Source of the DNA: Octopus vulgaris
Taxonomy: Eukaryota
NCBI GenBank assembly: GCA_951406725.2
Contig: OX597820.1
Location: 115,072,001-115,136,000 of the forward strand
Length of the DNA stretch: 64,000 bases
Direction: 5' to 3'
Positions 63,031 through 64,000 of this stretch are shown here, one piece after another. The position numbers were made by a program, and so were the translations under genes. Each line of letters begins with the position of its first letter. The first letter of the stretch is position 1. The notes beneath the pieces were generated by a model. That model ran no database searches, was not told the DNA's origin, and saw only the letters and a list, made by a program, of their open reading frames with translations.

Positions 63031-63735
63031 CCACACACACATACTAGATGCAAGAATGACTGTGTGGTTGAGAAGTTTGCTTCCCAACCGCATAGTACCT
63101 TGAGCAAGTGTTTTCTACTATAGCCCTAGGTTAAACACAGACTTGTGACTGAATTTGGTAGACGGAAACTGCAGCATTGTCCATCAGAGAATAACCAAAA
63201 AACAAATTCATAAAGAAGAGTTGTTTGCTTCATACTCCTCGTGTGCCGATTCTGTTAATAAGAAAGGAACAGATAATACAATGTGGCTGTAGGTCATAAC
63301 ACCCGGGCAACACCAGGATGCATTGCTAGTTGTTAATAAAATAACTGTGGGCTAATGTGCTATTATTTTACAGCCATCTTTCCTCAGAAGAAGGAACCTT
63401 CTCCTTCCATTAGAAATTCATCTCTCCTCATGACATAAATTTATACAATTTTTCAGATATTGTTAACTGTTTTTTGTTTAGCCAATTCTAATTTAATTTT
63501 TAAACTTTTCTACATAGTTATTGTTGCTTGGGTCAACACTGATTTAGTAAATCTGTGGTCAGAGGTATTCCAGCCTCAACCATGCCTGACTTTTAAGAGT
63601 ATCAATATGACTCTTTTTTTTTAAGACAATAAGATTTGAGAGAAATAAGATTTGAGAGAAAATTAGCTCCTCCCTCATTGGTTTTAAAAAGAAAATATTT
63701 CTTATCTAGCTGTTATCCAAAACCCAATATTATTA

Positions 63736-64000
63736 TCATCATCATCATCATCATTTAACGTCCGCTTTCCATGCTAGCATGGGTTGGATGATTTGACTGA
63801 GGTCTGGCGAACCAGACTCCAATCTGATCTGGAAGAGTTTCTACAGCTGGATGCCCTTCCTAACGCCAACCACTCCGAGAGTGTAGTGGGTGCTTTTACG
63901 TGCCACCGGCACGAGGGCCAGTTTGGTGGTACTGGCAATGGCCACGCCCAAATGGTGCTTTTTATGTGCCACCTGCACAGGAGCCAGTCCAGCGGCACTG
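63736..64000 (-). mobile_element. RTE 3' UTR running off the window
   Basis: (CAT)n plus conserved end. Confidence 0.85.

Noticed and set aside
63290-63330. Helitron-like 3' end (hairpin plus CTAGT)
   Set aside because: Imperfect hairpin and no identifiable 5' TC end; left uncalled

Overview
AT-rich eukaryotic DNA that is almost entirely repetitive; the repeat set suggests an octopus or other coleoid cephalopod (inference). No host protein-coding gene can be supported: most ORF-track entries are microsatellite or SINE read-throughs. The window contains three tRNA-headed SINE families and many copies of an RTE-clade LINE with (GAT)n tails, two of them long. It also has CR1, L1/Tx1 and BovB-like fragments, an internally deleted mariner, Helitrons, and piggyBac-, Merlin- and Mutator-like non-autonomous elements. 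Three observations stand out. (1) About ten minimal type I hammerhead ribozyme motifs from several families lie in AT-rich Penelope-like fragments, including two back-to-back hammerheads in a perfect 116-bp palindrome and a U3-A8 core variant. (2) A C4HC3 PHD finger sits in frame inside the reverse transcriptase of the RTE LINE. (3) A two-copy GC-rich leader has a reduced HDV-ribozyme-like fold. All calls were made by eye, and element boundaries are approximate unless termini are quoted.
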